Assembly (NCBI GenBank): GCA_951406725.2
Contig: OX597817.1
Span: 56,234,001 to 56,298,000 of the forward strand
DNA length: 64,000 bases
Reading direction: 5' to 3'
From: Octopus vulgaris
Taxonomy: Eukaryota
Part shown: positions 1-14,761 of the stretch, piece after piece
Layout: each line of letters opens with the position of its first letter
How positions within the stretch are numbered: the first letter of the stretch is position 1
Made by a program: the position numbers and the translations under genes
The notes under the pieces: model-generated
Seen by the model: the letters and a program-made list of their open reading frames with translations, nothing else
What the model was told of the DNA's origin: nothing
The model's database searches: none

Positions 1-334
1 GCTGTTCTAATAGAGGTTGATTCACAATATATGGAGTTATATATATATATATTAATGTGTCCTTTTTATTAATTTCTTACTCCATTCCGTTTTATAACTT
101 GCGAGTGTTGATGATTATCTCATCGTTTTAGCTGTTGTTCACCTATCAATATCTTTTCTCTATGTCACCTCCTCTATTCTTGCTATTAATACATTTCTAA
201 TCGCTTCCTCTCTCTCCCTCTCCCTCTCTCTCTCTCCCTCCATTTCTAATCCAGTTATTGAAGTTTACCAGCAAGCAATTTTCGTTATCCAGAGTCATCA
301 AATTCGAAAATCTGAGGATGTTGGCCCCTTCATC

Positions 335-490
335 ACACGACGCTTTGTATTCTTAAGCAAAACTCTTCAGTTCACGTTGCTCAAATCCACTCAGCTGGTC
401 AAAAATAAGTAAACCTGCGACAGACTATCGTCCCGTCCCTGGAATAATATATACGCCAGAGAAACCGAGAAACCGGTCCTATACTCCTTA
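335..490 (+). mobile_element. degenerate SINE body and 3' part (CORE-like centre)
   Basis: ttcacgttgctcaaatccactcagctgg...aaaaataagt matches the central part of SINE copies at 8767 and 24246; ends in a different tail (agaaaccgagaaaccggtcctat). Confidence 0.5.
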
Positions 491-997
491 CGGAGTAATG
501 TGAACTGACCACCAGTAAACAATACATTTCTCCCAGACGAAGTGAAGTGCCCCACATGAAACTTTACATTTCACCTCATCTTCATCACAAACTTATCCAG
601 TTGACGAAGGTTTTATTCTATGGAAGGTGCAAACTTATCTCCACTAGAGTGCAACTCACTCTCATTCCAGAGAGTTCAATAGACAAATACTCAATATTTG
701 ATGCAACAAATCAATAGATGAGAAATAAGAATACACAAAATATAGAAACAAACAGTTAATTATTCACCTATTTGTTTAATTAAACATCATTACGCATTTC
801 TCCGTCTTTCATTTCTCAAACTTATTTTCTGCCCCACTTTTCGTTCCTCATTCCAACAACTGCATGGCACCTTCGGCTAGTGTCTTCTAATATAGCCTCA
901 AGCCGATCAAGGCCGCGTGAGTAGATTTGATAGACGGAAACTGAAAAGAGACCGTCATACATATATATATATATATTTATATTTATATATATTTATA

Positions 998-1056
<59 letters not shown>

Positions 1057-1058
<2 letters not shown>

Positions 1059-1267
1059 TTAATCCAAACAAGAAAACACAGAAAAAAAGAGAAAAAAACA
1101 CAGCAACGCAGGACGTGGAACAATTAAAGTATTATTGACGCTCAGGAAAGAAGGGAAGGAGGGTTTAACGTTTCGAGCGGAGCTCTTCGTCGGAAACAAG
1201 GAGAAGGAAAGATCCCAAGGAGGGAAGACAGAGGAGAAAATATTTGAGCTGGTGGTGCTCAAGAGAT

Positions 1268-1272
<5 letters not shown>
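1057..1272 (-). mobile_element. short ORF-less element with hammerhead motif (Penelope-like LTR fragment)
   Basis: Non-repetitive island flanked by (TA)n on both sides; contains the motif at 1163-1197. Confidence 0.6.
1163..1197 (-). ncRNA. minimal type-I hammerhead ribozyme motif (U4C variant)
   Basis: Minus strand GTTT-CCGACGA-A-GAGC-tcc-GCTC-GAAA-CGTT-AAAC: stem I GTTT/AAAC, stem II GAGC/GCTC, palindromic AACGTT in place of stem III. Confidence 0.65.
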
Positions 1273-1334
<62 letters not shown>

Positions 1335-1342
1335 GTATGTAT

Positions 1343-1515
1343 AATTGAAATTCACAGAAAAACAAAAGTCGAAGACAGGTGTATAAACAACAGGCAAATG
1401 TGTTAGTTTGACGCTCAGGAATGTGAGAAGGTCTTTTACGTTTCGAGCCGACATTCTTCAACAGAAAAGAACACGAGAAAATAAACAAAGAGAGAATAAA
1501 ACAACACTTGGAGTT
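1343..1515 (-). mobile_element. short ORF-less element with degenerate hammerhead (same family as 30003-30195)
   Basis: Aligns with 30003-30195 (gaaaaacaaaagncgaagacaggtgt...gtcttttacgtttc); motif at 1432-1470 on minus: TCTTTT-CTGTTGA-A-GAAT-gtc-GGCTC-GAAA-CGTA-AAAGA. Confidence 0.6.
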
Positions 1516-1965
1516 TATATATATAAGATAAAATTATTGAATAAAGCAATAGAGTAAATATTGGTGCATTGTTGTACCACTAACCTATATTTATATATAT
1601 ACACATGTGTGCGTGTGAGTGTTTGTCTTCCCTCCATCGCTTGACAACCGATGTTAGTGTAATTTAGTAGTTCGACAAAAGAGACTGACAGAATAAGTAC
1701 TTGGCTTACGAAGAATAAGTCGTGGTATCGATTTGTTCGACTAAAGGTGGTGCTCCAGCATGGCCGCAGTCAAATAACTGAAACAAATAAAAGAATAAAA
1801 GAATTAGTAAATTCCCATTATTTATTTCATCCTTCTTCCAACTTCTTTCATGTCTATTCTTCATTAGCCAAGGAATCCAGTCTTTGCTTCACTGTTCCAG
1901 GCACTGAGAGTAATAAGGGAGCGTCTGTAAAACTATGCAGAACAAATATATACATATATGTATAC

Positions 1966-2018
<53 letters not shown>

Positions 2019-2260
2019 TACATATATTTATATGTATGTATATGTATTGTATATATATATATATGCGTGTATAATTGTGTATGTATTTATGTATATAATA
2101 CACAATATATAGATAGATATATTCATATAAAAATATATATTATATATACACATGTACTGATGAAGTGAGAGAGACCTATATCTATACATATGTAAACACA
2201 TAGAAGTTTATGCATGCCTCCATATCTATCTATCTATTTATCTATCAATCTATGAGTCCA

Positions 2261-2294
<34 letters not shown>

Positions 2295-2678
2295 GTAGAC
2301 ATATATGCGTACATACATGTACCCATACACACACAAATATACATACTACATATATATATATATATATATTTAGACATATGTGTATGTGTTTGCAGGCACA
2401 CACACATACGCGCGCGCATATATATATATACATATATATAAATGTATGTATGTCGTTATTGTTGTATATGATCATTTAGGAAATGCTGAGAACTACAATT
2501 TAAGGTATTCAATACAAAGAAACGTGTTTTTTATTTATTAAAATAATGAGTTTCCTATCTTTTTTTTCACAATTCATTGAATTCTAAAGAGAAGAGAACA
2601 CGACTGCATTATCAGAGCCATTATTTTGTACGTGAATGTGATTGGCCCTCTTAGTGTATTAATTTGTGTTCGTTTATA

Positions 2679-2734
<56 letters not shown>

Positions 2735-3184
2735 ACATACTTATCTATGTATGTATGTGTGTCTATTTACCTAATTTGCTTATTTGCCTGTTTGTGTAAC
2801 AGTATTTTTCAAGTATTTTTCTTAATATTCAAATACATTTGTAGACATGATGTTTTCTTTGAAAAAAGCAGACCCAGCTAGAGACACCATAAAACCCCGC
2901 ATTGTCCAAGCCTCTTCTCTAACAAAGATTTATTGAAAATTATAATGATTCGTTTCCTGCTGCTTTCTACCTATTGTGGATACTGTCATCTTGTGAATTC
3001 TTCTGGCACTAATTAAGGACGTCTGCTTCTCTCTCTCTCTCCGCCAATTACTGCGAAATTCGCTTAAAATCGCTGTGCTTAAGTACCTGGACATCTGCAG
3101 GATATAATGGTTCTCGTAGAAACAAGGTCTACTAAAAATATATTCTGTCTGGTTACAGACCAGGAATCTAGAAGTATTGCTGTT

Positions 3185-3335
3185 CCCTTACTTTTGATGG
3201 TTATTATTGCCATTGTTGTTGCTGTTTAACCTCAGTTCATCTCTAATAAAACACACATAACTTATTATCAAAAAACACTCTTGCCGTGACCATACCCATT
3301 AGCCTTGTACATTATTATTATACTGAAGATAGCAT
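3185..3335 (-). repeat. old dispersed repeat family (other copies ~4040-4100, 4440-4510, 5915-6150, 9400-9790, 14070-14330)
   Basis: Shared motifs across copies: gatggtcacggntgga, gacctgaagttaaa+(CAA), ctagaaatagcagctaaat, tctccctcaaat. Confidence 0.5.
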
Positions 3336-3339
3336 CTTA

Positions 3340-3690
3340 TATCGAGTGAACGCTAGTTGTGGCTTTTAATAAGTGAAGCGTCCGTATGCGCTTAATCTTT
3401 GAACCCTACTCATGAACTTGTCGGTTGTGATGATGGCCAAAGCAGAGTTATATGTTCGACTTACTAAATGAATAATAACATTTTCGCAATATTTAGACCA
3501 GGGGTGTAGTAGTCTGTAGCTAAATAGTCGAATGATCTCCCTTGCAAGAAAGATTATAGAGTAACCTTCCTTTACTAAGTTTCTCAAAGCATCTATGTCA
3601 TGAGACGTGATTCTTAATTATTCAAGAAGCTTAGCGTTTCTCTTGGAAGTTTCTAGAATATCTAACGTTCCATTAATGAAAACAGCTGGC
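3340..3690 (-). pseudogene. possible highly decayed RTE-type endonuclease fragment
   Basis: Minus-strand WNVR, DIDAL, GYSIIF and LSAYG occur in the order of RTE APE motifs WNVRT / DIAALSET / GYTFF / ISAYAPT, with stops and frameshifts. Confidence 0.3.
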
Positions 3691-4587
3691 TAACCCTGCT
3701 CTTCGCTTCTTAGTCGATTAGACTTAGAACCATTCACGTCATTGCTATGTCCATCTATTTCTCTACGACTCATGACTGAAAGCCACTACTTAGCTGTTAT
3801 TTCTACATTTCCAGTTTCTGAACTTTCTTGCATAGATTACTTCATTCAACTAGATTCCACATTCTGATTATGTTTCAGCATCGACCAGTAAATAAAAAAA
3901 ATGTTTATGTAGTAAATACATAGTTCTTAAATTTATTCTTCTTCTCTAAGAATCTCTCTAATAATATACACGCAGCCCTATCAATACATGATATTGAACA
4001 CATATTCCCACTACAGGAGTATGTCCATCATAATTTATGAATATGATTTGAGGGAGATTTTGTTGTAACGTCTTGCTTGAGTAATGATCGTAAAGAATAG
4101 CGGTTTCCAAATTATAGTATTGCGATCTTAACTAGATCACGGTCTAATTTAGAAAGCGTGGGTGGCAAAAACATCTGATAATTACAATAACTTATGACGT
4201 CATATTTACAGCCGCCGAAAACATAAAAGCATATTTTTCCATGAAAAAATATCAAATGTGAATTTTATCAAAGTTTTTGAATATTGATTTTTATTTGAAA
4301 TATTTGAAATATTTTTTAAAAAAAAGGATGTTGATTGTTTATTGGTTTACCAACTTGGGTTACCTTGATTGAAAAATATTTGGACCTTCTGATATAGAAG
4401 ATACCGAATTTGTTTTTCCGAATGCTGTTGGTCTCTAGAATCCCTTCCCATACCTTGATCAAAACAACCTATGATCAAAAGCGTTACATCCATGACTACC
4501 CAGTATTTTGGTATACAAACTGAATAAATGGAAAAGGACAAGTAAACACGGTAATCCTCTCATAAGCAATGTATGTCTGTATGTATG

Positions 4588-4651
4588 TCGTTATTCAGTT
4601 TTATTTCAATATTCCTTGCCAAAAGAGAAAGATCCAAGGCTCCTTCATTGG
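4588..4651 (-). mobile_element. 3' UTR tip of (TACA)n-associated RLE non-LTR family
   Basis: gtcgttattcagttttatttcaa...ttgccaa.agagaaaga matches 21472-21540 and directly follows tgtatgtatg. Confidence 0.6.
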
Positions 4652-4950
4652 ATAAGATAAAAAGCCAAGGCTGTGTAGAGATATTAGAGCATTTATAGAT
4701 AGAAGGTCTTACAGCTGTTTCTGGGATATTTATTAATTATATCCCTTCATCGGAGACGGTGTGACAGGATGGTTAAGTCATAGTTAGATTAGATGTGATA
4801 TAAAATAGAGAGTGAGGTGGAGGAAAGAAAATAGATGTAAGATATGTATGGATATTGAAGTTGTAAATCCATTTTTTAGGCAAAATGGTATATATGCAAT
4901 ATTCCAATATCCTATGAGTAAAGTCCAAAAGTCCAACACATGTACATATA
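4652..4950 (-). mobile_element. short ORF-less element with hammerhead motif
   Basis: Unique island containing the motif at 4706-4757. Confidence 0.55.
4706..4757 (-). ncRNA. type-I hammerhead ribozyme motif (U4C variant)
   Basis: Minus strand GTCT-CCGATGA-A-GGGATAT-aattaataa-ATATCCC-A-GAAA-CAGCTG-TA-AGAC: stem I GTCT/AGAC, 7-bp stem II, palindromic ACAGCTGT stem III, GUA triplet. Confidence 0.75.
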
Positions 4951-4964
4951 TACACATGTTCAGA

Positions 4965-5335
4965 TATGGTTGCGACGATGAGGGTTCCAGTTGATCCGAA
5001 TCAACGGAAAGTCTGCTCGTGAAATTAACGTGGAAGTGGCTGAGCACTCCACAGACACGCGTACCCTTAACGTAGTTCTTGGGGAGACTCATCGTGACAC
5101 AGAGTGTGACAAGGTTGGCCTTTTGAAATACAGGAACAACAGAAACAGGAAGAAAGAGTGGGAGAAAGTTGTTATGAAAGAGTACAGCAGAGTTCGCCAC
5201 CACCTCATGCCGGAGCCTCGTGGAGCTTTAGGTGTTTTCGCTCAATAAACACTCACAACGCCCGGTCTAGGAATCGAAACCGCGATTCTACGACCGCGAG
5301 TCCGCTGCCCTAACCACTGGGCCATTTTGCCTCCG
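4965..5335 (-). mobile_element. tRNA-derived SINE family C, full length
   Basis: Minus strand A box tggcccagtgg and B box gtttcgattcc; body nearly colinear with 20722-21102. Confidence 0.85.
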
Positions 5336-5454
5336 CAATCTGTGTATAAATTGGATAAGAATGGTAGTGGTGTTGGCAGGGTATAATGATAATGTTTTGG
5401 CCTGTAAATGGCTTTGAACCGAGTGGTGTGTGTAGTAATATCACACTTTATCTC

Positions 5455-5687
5455 CTTTTAATTGTTTCACTCAATGACCGCGGCCACACTGGAGCAGCAC
5501 CTTCAAGAATGTTTTAGCCGGATGAATCTACCCCGGTACTCATGATTTTAAAGCCTGGTAATTATTCTATCTGCCTTCTATGCCAAGCCCTTACTTTATG
5601 GGGGCGGACGTAAACACACCAACACCAGATGCAAAACGGTGGTGGAGGACAAACACAAACACAAGCACACACAGTCACATACACACA

Positions 5688-5753
<66 letters not shown>

Positions 5754-5890
5754 CATACGACAGACTTCCCTTAATTTCCGTCTACCAAATCCTCTGACAA
5801 GGCTTTGGCCGCCAAGATACCACGCTGCGGAAATGAACCTGAAAACATGAGGTTGAGAATAAAATTCGTTGCCACACAGCCACGCCTGCA
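5455..5890 (-). mobile_element. SINE family B
   Basis: Reverse complement of the family consensus with internal (CA)n/(TA)n. Confidence 0.75.
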
Positions 5891-6431
5891 TCTGTCCATT
5901 TTTTTTTCAGTTGTCTGATTAAGGCCACGTCAGTCCTAATCGCGCAGAACAAATCTCATCTCAAAGACATTCCAGAACTTGTAAGTCCAGCAGTATTCAT
6001 TGCTCAACTTGGCCTTCCTTTAAAACTTTAGTGTGTGCGTGTTTGTGCATGTGTGTGTATGCGCACGCCTCTATGTCTGAGTCTGTTTGATTTTTGCAAG
6101 ATTTAGCTGCTATTTCTAGTGCGACGAGTGAAAATGTAGACGGCTTCAATGTTCTGAGGATTCTTTGATCTTTCTGCTCTTAATCATGCAAAACATCGAA
6201 CAGTGGCCCCGTGGGGACTCCTGAAACAGTTTCTCTCTGTACAGCCTCAAACACATACAGATATTTATCGTCTCGGTATTTCACGGTTCTGATTTCGAAT
6301 CCCAGGGGCATTATGTTTGCCTTTCATACCTCGGAGGTCGATAAACGAAATAATTGAATTCACTCAGTCGACTAGGCCGCACTCTGCAAACAGGGAGAGA
6401 CTTTCTAACAGCTTCGGTCAGAAGGGATTCA

Positions 6432-6642
6432 ATACAACAACTACAACAGCAGTAACAGCAACAGCAGTAACAGCAACAACAGCAGTAACAGCAACAACAA
6501 CTACTACTACTGCTACTGGTGGTAGTGGTGGTGGTGGTGGTGGTGGTGATGGCGGTGGTGGTGGTGGTGGTAGTGCCACTACTTCTACTACTGCTGCCGC
6601 TACTACAACTGCTACTGCTGTTGCTGCTGCTGCTGATGATGA

Positions 6643-6694
<52 letters not shown>

Positions 6695-7110
6695 GCTGCT
6701 GCTGCTGTGTGCTGCTACTACTAGTACTACTAGTATTACTACTGCTACTACTACTATTACTACTGTTACTGCTACTGCTGCTACTACTACTACTATTACT
6801 ACTGCTACTGCTGCTATTACTACTACTACTAATACTACTGCTGCTGCTGCTGCTGTTACTACTACTACTACTACTACTACTGCTGCTGCTGTTACTACTA
6901 CTACTACTGCTACTACTACAACTACTACTACCCATTACTATTCACAACCACCTCCTCTACTACTGCTACTACTATTATAGCTACTGCTATTGTTACACCA
7001 CAACCACTACTACCACCACCGTTACTTTCCCATTCTAAATCCTTACAGCCACCACGACTACTCCCACTACCATCACCACTACTACTACTATTACTACTAC
7101 TACTACTACT
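6432..7110. repeat. compound trinucleotide microsatellite (CAA/CAG/GGT/TAC/TGC)
   Basis: Directly visible. Confidence 0.95.
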
Positions 7111-7209
7111 CCATGTGTTGTTTCTTACCCCAACTCCATTCATATCTCCAATGGTGATACTAATCTAGAAAATTCTCTCGTGCTGGAATGCGGATCCCGT
7201 CGACGTCAT

Positions 7210-8060
7210 TTCCATTCCTTTGCCCAACTTTACAAACCCACCAACCCACTTCTCTCTTCCACTCTTCCATTCTCCTTACTCTCCATTCAGACTCCCCCTC
7301 CTGCTGCTCACACCACACACACTCCCTTCATTCCAATACTCACTCCCAACACCACCACCACCACCATCTCTATTTCCCCTCTCACTGCTCTCTTTACACC
7401 TCCCACATTTATACTTCTCCCTCCCCACCACCACCACCACCACCACCACCCACACACGCTCCTCAAACCGGATGCTAAAACACGTTTACCCCCTACTTTT
7501 CTCCCAACACTCTGCATTTTCCTTCTCTCCTTTCCCTTATTTTTATCTCTCTTCCCTCTTCCCCTACACTCGTTATCCGCCCCCCCCCACCTAACTCTCC
7601 GCTTCTTCGTCTCCCGATCAAACAATCTCACTCACTCAGAACACACACACTCCAATACTGAACTCATATCTTCACTCAGCTGTTTTCAGTCCCACATATT
7701 CTCTCCTTCTCTCTTAACACTCCTTACGCTTTTTCTCCTAACTCTCCTTATTCTTCAAACTGACCACTCTCTTCTTACGCTCTCCCCCAACACTCTTTAA
7801 TCTCTTCACTAATCTCCATCGCTCATTCCTCTTCAAACTCCAATTTCTTCTAAATATCTTTACTATTTTTACTTTCATCTCTCTTCACTCGTTTCTTACT
7901 CTCATCCATCTTACCTCTTCTTATTCTTCTCTTTCACTCTCATTGTCTTTCCTTTCCTCTAAATTTTATTCTTCCTCTTCTTTCTCCTTGCTCTCATCCT
8001 TTCTTGATCTTTTCGTCCCTTTTTCCCATTAATCTCTTATCTCCTGCTTCTCTTAGAACC
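7210..8060. repeat. long pyrimidine-rich (C/T) low-complexity tract
   Basis: Very few G on the + strand; a mirror purine-rich tract lies at 31750-32090. Confidence 0.8.
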
Positions 8061-8225
8061 TGTTACTTTATCTCTAATCCCTTCATAGTTTGACCTCTCC
8101 TAAATCACGTAAGAATCTCGCCAGAAGTATATCGCTTCCTTTGGAAATTTTTCTTGAATTATGTGAGAAAGTTTTAAAACGTATTAAAAGGGTTTGGGGT
8201 CTCTTCCCTCAAACTGATATTTTTC

Positions 8226-8558
8226 TGGAGTAAAGATTGTTTACCAACATAACATGGCAGTCCTCGTTTAGGACGAATGTTGCTGTAATTTAGCCCCAAG
8301 AGACATCGTTTCCAGCTGGCTATATTACACGATCTGTGTCCTTACATTTTCGAAAAAGGGAATCTAGCACCCCCATTCAGCTCAAAACAATATCTGTGTA
8401 TCGCGATTTCCGGGTGCTAGATTCCCTTGCTCGAAAATGTAAGGATACAGATCGTGCCGTATAGCCAGCTGCAGATGATGTCTCCAGGGGCTAAATTGCA
8501 GCAACATTCGTCCTAAACCAGAACTGCCATGTTATGTTGGCAAACAATCTTTACTCCA
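8226..8558. mobile_element. fold-back element/MITE with ~147-bp inverted arms
   Basis: 8226-8372 (tggagtaaagattgttt...gggaatctagcaccc) is the near reverse complement of 8412-8558; 39-bp spacer. Confidence 0.9.
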
Positions 8559-8766
8559 AAGTACTGTTGCTGAATATCTCTCGCTATGAGAATTACAAAT
8601 AGTAATTTTCTGATATTTTTTGTTGATGTATAGAGACAGTGTTGCTACCTTGTAGTATTTTTAGCTGCCATATTTACAGAGCCTCGTCACCACGCAGAGA
8701 CAGAGAGAAGCTCTGGCTACCTTTGGAATGGGAACAGGGTATCATTATTATAATGATACTACGTGA

Positions 8767-8884
8767 AGGCGCATGGCTTAGTGGTTAGGGTGTACGGCTC
8801 ACGATCGTAAGGCAGTGAGTTCAATTCCCGGCGTCGCGTTGTGTCCTTGAGCAAGACACTTTATTTCACGTTGTTCTGTCCACG
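8767..8884 (+). mobile_element. SINE family C' head plus CORE-like segment, interrupted by a family A copy
   Basis: A box tggcttagtgg, B box agttcaattcc, then gtccttgagcaagacacttt. Confidence 0.8.
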
Positions 8885-8886
8885 AA

Positions 8887-8986
8887 GGCGGCGAGCCGGC
8901 AGAAACGTTAGCACGCCGGACGAAATGCTTAGCGGTATTACGTTCTGAGTTCAAATTCCGCCGAGGTTGACTTTGCTTTTCATCCT
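8887..8986 (+). mobile_element. SINE family A, partial
   Basis: ggcggcgagccggcagaaacgttagcacgcc...gagttcaaattccgccgagg. Confidence 0.85.
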
Positions 8987-9037
8987 GGCTGCTACATCAT
9001 AAGAGCAACACTCTAACCACCAGGCCATGCGCCCTCA

Positions 9038-9084
<47 letters not shown>

Positions 9085-9091
9085 TTGAACA

Positions 9092-9280
9092 CGGAGAGCT
9101 GGCAGAAACGTTAGCACGCCGGGCGAAATGCCTAGCAATATTTTGTCCGTCTTTACGTTCTGAGTTCAAATTCCGCCGAGGTCGACTTTGCCTTTCATCC
9201 TTTCGGGGTCGATAAATTAAGTACCAGTTACGCACTGGGGTCGATTTAATCGACTTAATCCCTTTGTCTGTCCTTGTTTA
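9092..9280 (+). mobile_element. SINE family A
   Basis: Near-identical to 40531-40761; central gcctttcatcctttcggggtcgataaattaagtacc (recalled as similar to the MetaSINE conserved domain, not verified). Confidence 0.9.
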
Positions 9281-9949
9281 GAAATATATCACAACCGCCG
9301 CCACAACCACCACCACAACCACCACAGCAGCAGCAACACCCACATCACACCACAACCACCACCTCTACAAAACAGAAAGAAAATTCTTGGATGTCACTCG
9401 ATATATTAGAAAGAGCAGGCAAATCTCCCTCAAATTAAACAAAGATGGATACGTCGATTAACATAGTTAAGACATCACTAACATACGTGATGGCCACGGC
9501 TGGAATACCTTTCCTCATAGATGGAGCGTCTGACCTGAAGTTAAACAGCAGACATGATAGGAACAGAACTACAACCGCGACCATCGCTATTAGATGGACG
9601 GTCGACAAGCTAGAAATAGCAGCTAAATAACACTAAAATCCATTCTGGATATTCATAAGACTAATTCAGATAGTATTACAATTAGACGCATGTTAGCTGA
9701 ATGAATAATAAAAAAAGAGATGGTCACGGATGGATCGTTTGTATGTTAGGGAGTTTAGTTACTCTGCAGTGACCTGAAGTTAAAGACAACAGTAGCAGCA
9801 TCAGCAACCACAACGAAATGTGAAGACTTACCACCGACACCACCACCACCACCACTTGTAGTACTTCAACGCTAGCTTTGCAACCACCACTATGAAACTA
9901 GGGCCAAAACCACTATCACCTCCACCAGCACAATCACTATATACAATAT

Positions 9950-10218
9950 TATTACCATCACTACTACTACTACTACAACTTCTGCTGCTACTACTACTAC
10001 TACTACTACTACTATTATTACTACTTCTACGACTCCTACTGCTACTAATACTACTACTACTACTACTACTTTTACTACTACTACTACTACTACTTCTACT
10101 ACTACCAGTACTACTGCTACTACTACTAATAATACTACTACTTCTACTACTACTAATACTACTTCTACTACTACTAATACTACTAGTACTTCTACTACTA
10201 CTTCTACTACTACTAGTT

Positions 10219-10263
<45 letters not shown>

Positions 10264-10265
10264 AC
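9950..10265. repeat. (TAC)n microsatellite
   Basis: Directly visible. Confidence 0.95.
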
Positions 10266-10467
10266 ATCACTGCCACCGCCACCTCCTCTGGTATTAGCAT
10301 AACACGGTTGGTTGTATTGGCAAAACACAAGATTCAGCTTAATAACGTGAACGTTGGTGACGTCATCGCGTATAGGTTTGTTGTCCACCAATAGAAATGG
10401 TGTTCTTGTACTTGGCTGACACTGTCTTCTCTGGAGGGAAATAACACGACCAAGATAAACTGAAGAT

Positions 10468-12715
<2,248 letters not shown>

Positions 12716-13138
12716 AATTCATTCATATATTTGTTACCTTGTAACGAGATTTCTGCACTTAGCTCTCCCCTTTCGGTTTAGTGTTCACCATTGACTGAGG
12801 CGTTAGTTAAGAATGTTCAATTAATTAACTAATAACTAATATCCTCTCCTTCCTCTTTCCTTACTCTCCCTAACTTAAGTTGCTTCCTATAGTTTTTCTT
12901 TGCTTTTCTTTACTAATTATTTACTTTAAACGTTCTCTCCCCCCTCTCCCTCTCTCTCACTCTCATTTGCTAATTAACCTGGCTTATTCAAATACTAACA
13001 TTTTGCAATTATTTTTTAGCCCAAGGTCAACCAGTAATTTACGGTGCATGTGATCAGGCGCACTCTTGACGTGACCATCATATCTTTCTCCACATAGCAA
13101 TTGTTTAGGATTACATAATTCAATAACTCTTTTTCGAA

Positions 13139-13505
13139 GGCGACGAGCTGGCAGAAACGTTAGCACACCGGTCCAAATGCTTAGCAGTATTTCGTCTGCC
13201 GTCACGTTCTGAGTTCAAATTCCGCCGAAGTCAACTTTGCCTTTCATCCTTTCAGGATCGATTAAATATGTACGAGTTACGCACTGGGGTCGATTTAATC
13301 CATTTGTCTGTCTTTGTTTGTCCTCTCTGTGTTTAGCCCCTTGTGGGTGGTAAAGAAATAGGTATTTCGTCTGCCGCTGCGTTCTGAGTTCAAATTTCAC
13401 CGAGATGGAGTTTGTCTTTCATCATTTTGAACTCGAAAAATTAAATAATCGATTGACCCCCTTTTCCAAAATTTCTGGCCTTTTGCCTAGAATAGAAAAG
13501 AATAT
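13139..13505 (+). mobile_element. SINE family A, full copy followed by a 5'-truncated second copy
   Basis: 13139-13360 complete; the body restarts at 13362 (gtatttcgtctgccgctgcgttctgagttcaaat) with an alternative tail. Confidence 0.85.
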
Positions 13506-13650
13506 ATTTCCTTCTTTTTTATGGCCATTTGTATATGTAACTTGTGAAGTTTCACTTTTATTTCCAGTAATCGAGCGATCGCGTTAAATCTCACTTCTTT
13601 GACTGTAACTATCCTAGTTTAATAGGGTGGAGTGGGTATGCATGTGTTTA

Positions 13651-13717
<67 letters not shown>

Positions 13718-13865
13718 GCATCTTTGTGTGAGTGTGTTCGTGCAATGCATAATATTTCTGAGTCACAGGTTCGAATCCTTGTACCCGTCGTTGTGTAAGT
13801 AGGGCCAATAAAATTGGCTTGTTGAAGACACGATCTCATATTTCTCCGAGGATACCGAGAATAAT

Positions 13866-13953
13866 ACTGTTTTATATTTAAGAAATTAGGAATTATGTAC
13901 AATATTTACATTTCACGGATATTTGTCCTCATCTTGTTTGTCGTTAACACAAC
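13866..13953 (-). mobile_element. 3' tail of the tRNA-head/hammerhead family
   Basis: ggatatttgtcctcatcttgtttg...acacaacgt as at 15372-15410; truncated at the hammerhead. Confidence 0.75.
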
Positions 13954-14421
13954 GTGTCTCTACTGGAATGTTTTGTGATCTAGGTTTGTTACATAATCGT
14001 TGCCCTAGAATAGCAAGAAATGATAGAGGGGTGAATTAGTCCATCATCCACTGTGTTTGTATGTAGGACTAAAGAAGGGATCATTAAATAATGTAGTCCA
14101 ACGTATATGAACAGATAGGATGGTCACGGATGGAACGTGTATGATAATAGCTGAAACGCCAGCTGGGTCAGAGCCGATGTGATGCTAATCGTCATTGGCA
14201 GCAGTAGCAGTAGCAGCAGTAATAATAGCACATAGGAGAATTTAGTGCTAGATAGACGACTACTGATTAACAACGACAAAGTGGTCTCGGTTGGAACACC
14301 TTCAATTCTTTTCGTTGTCGGTTTAAGCATCAACAATCACAACAATCACAACATCATATCTATTTGGTGGGTTTTTTCAACAGAACTTTAACTGTTTCCA
14401 AGTTCCACATTCATATATACA

Positions 14422-14761
14422 TGATGGCTGTCCACCCGTGACCGAGGAAGACCACTGCTGACCTTTAGGAACATTGTGCGCTCTAGGACTAACTTATATT
14501 TTGCATTTAGGACTCTATTAGTGACCAATGAGCCCTGCTTCTGACAAGTATACACGACTACAAACATTACAAACCAAACTTTCCCCGTTCACTACCCCAG
14601 CAGTGCGCTTTCGAGCAGCATGCTTAAATTCTTCATGCAGAATACGTGCTCCCTCAAAGGTGTCGACCCCTCCTTAACCTACTTCCTCCATCTGTGGCGA
14701 TGACAGGCATTGCTCTTCCAATCGGTCTCCTGCATACCATATGCCTTTAATGAGGACTTGA
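14422..14761 (-). mobile_element. RTE-clade LINE 3' end
   Basis: Minus translation KSSLKAYGMQETDWKSNACHRHRWRK*VKEG ... LVCNVCSRVYLSEAGLIGH resembles the RTE/BovB C-terminus with CxxC...H. Confidence 0.7.

Larger units (their letters stand above)
857..1803 (+). mobile_element. SINE family B (CORE-like, internal microsatellite), split by two insertions in its (TA)n
   Basis: 5' half 857-958 (gtgtcttctaatatagcctc...gacggaaactgaaaagagaccgtc) and 3' half 1610-1803 (catcgcttgacaaccgatg...ggtgctccagcatggccgcagtc) match the intact copy at 52802-53170. Confidence 0.8.
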
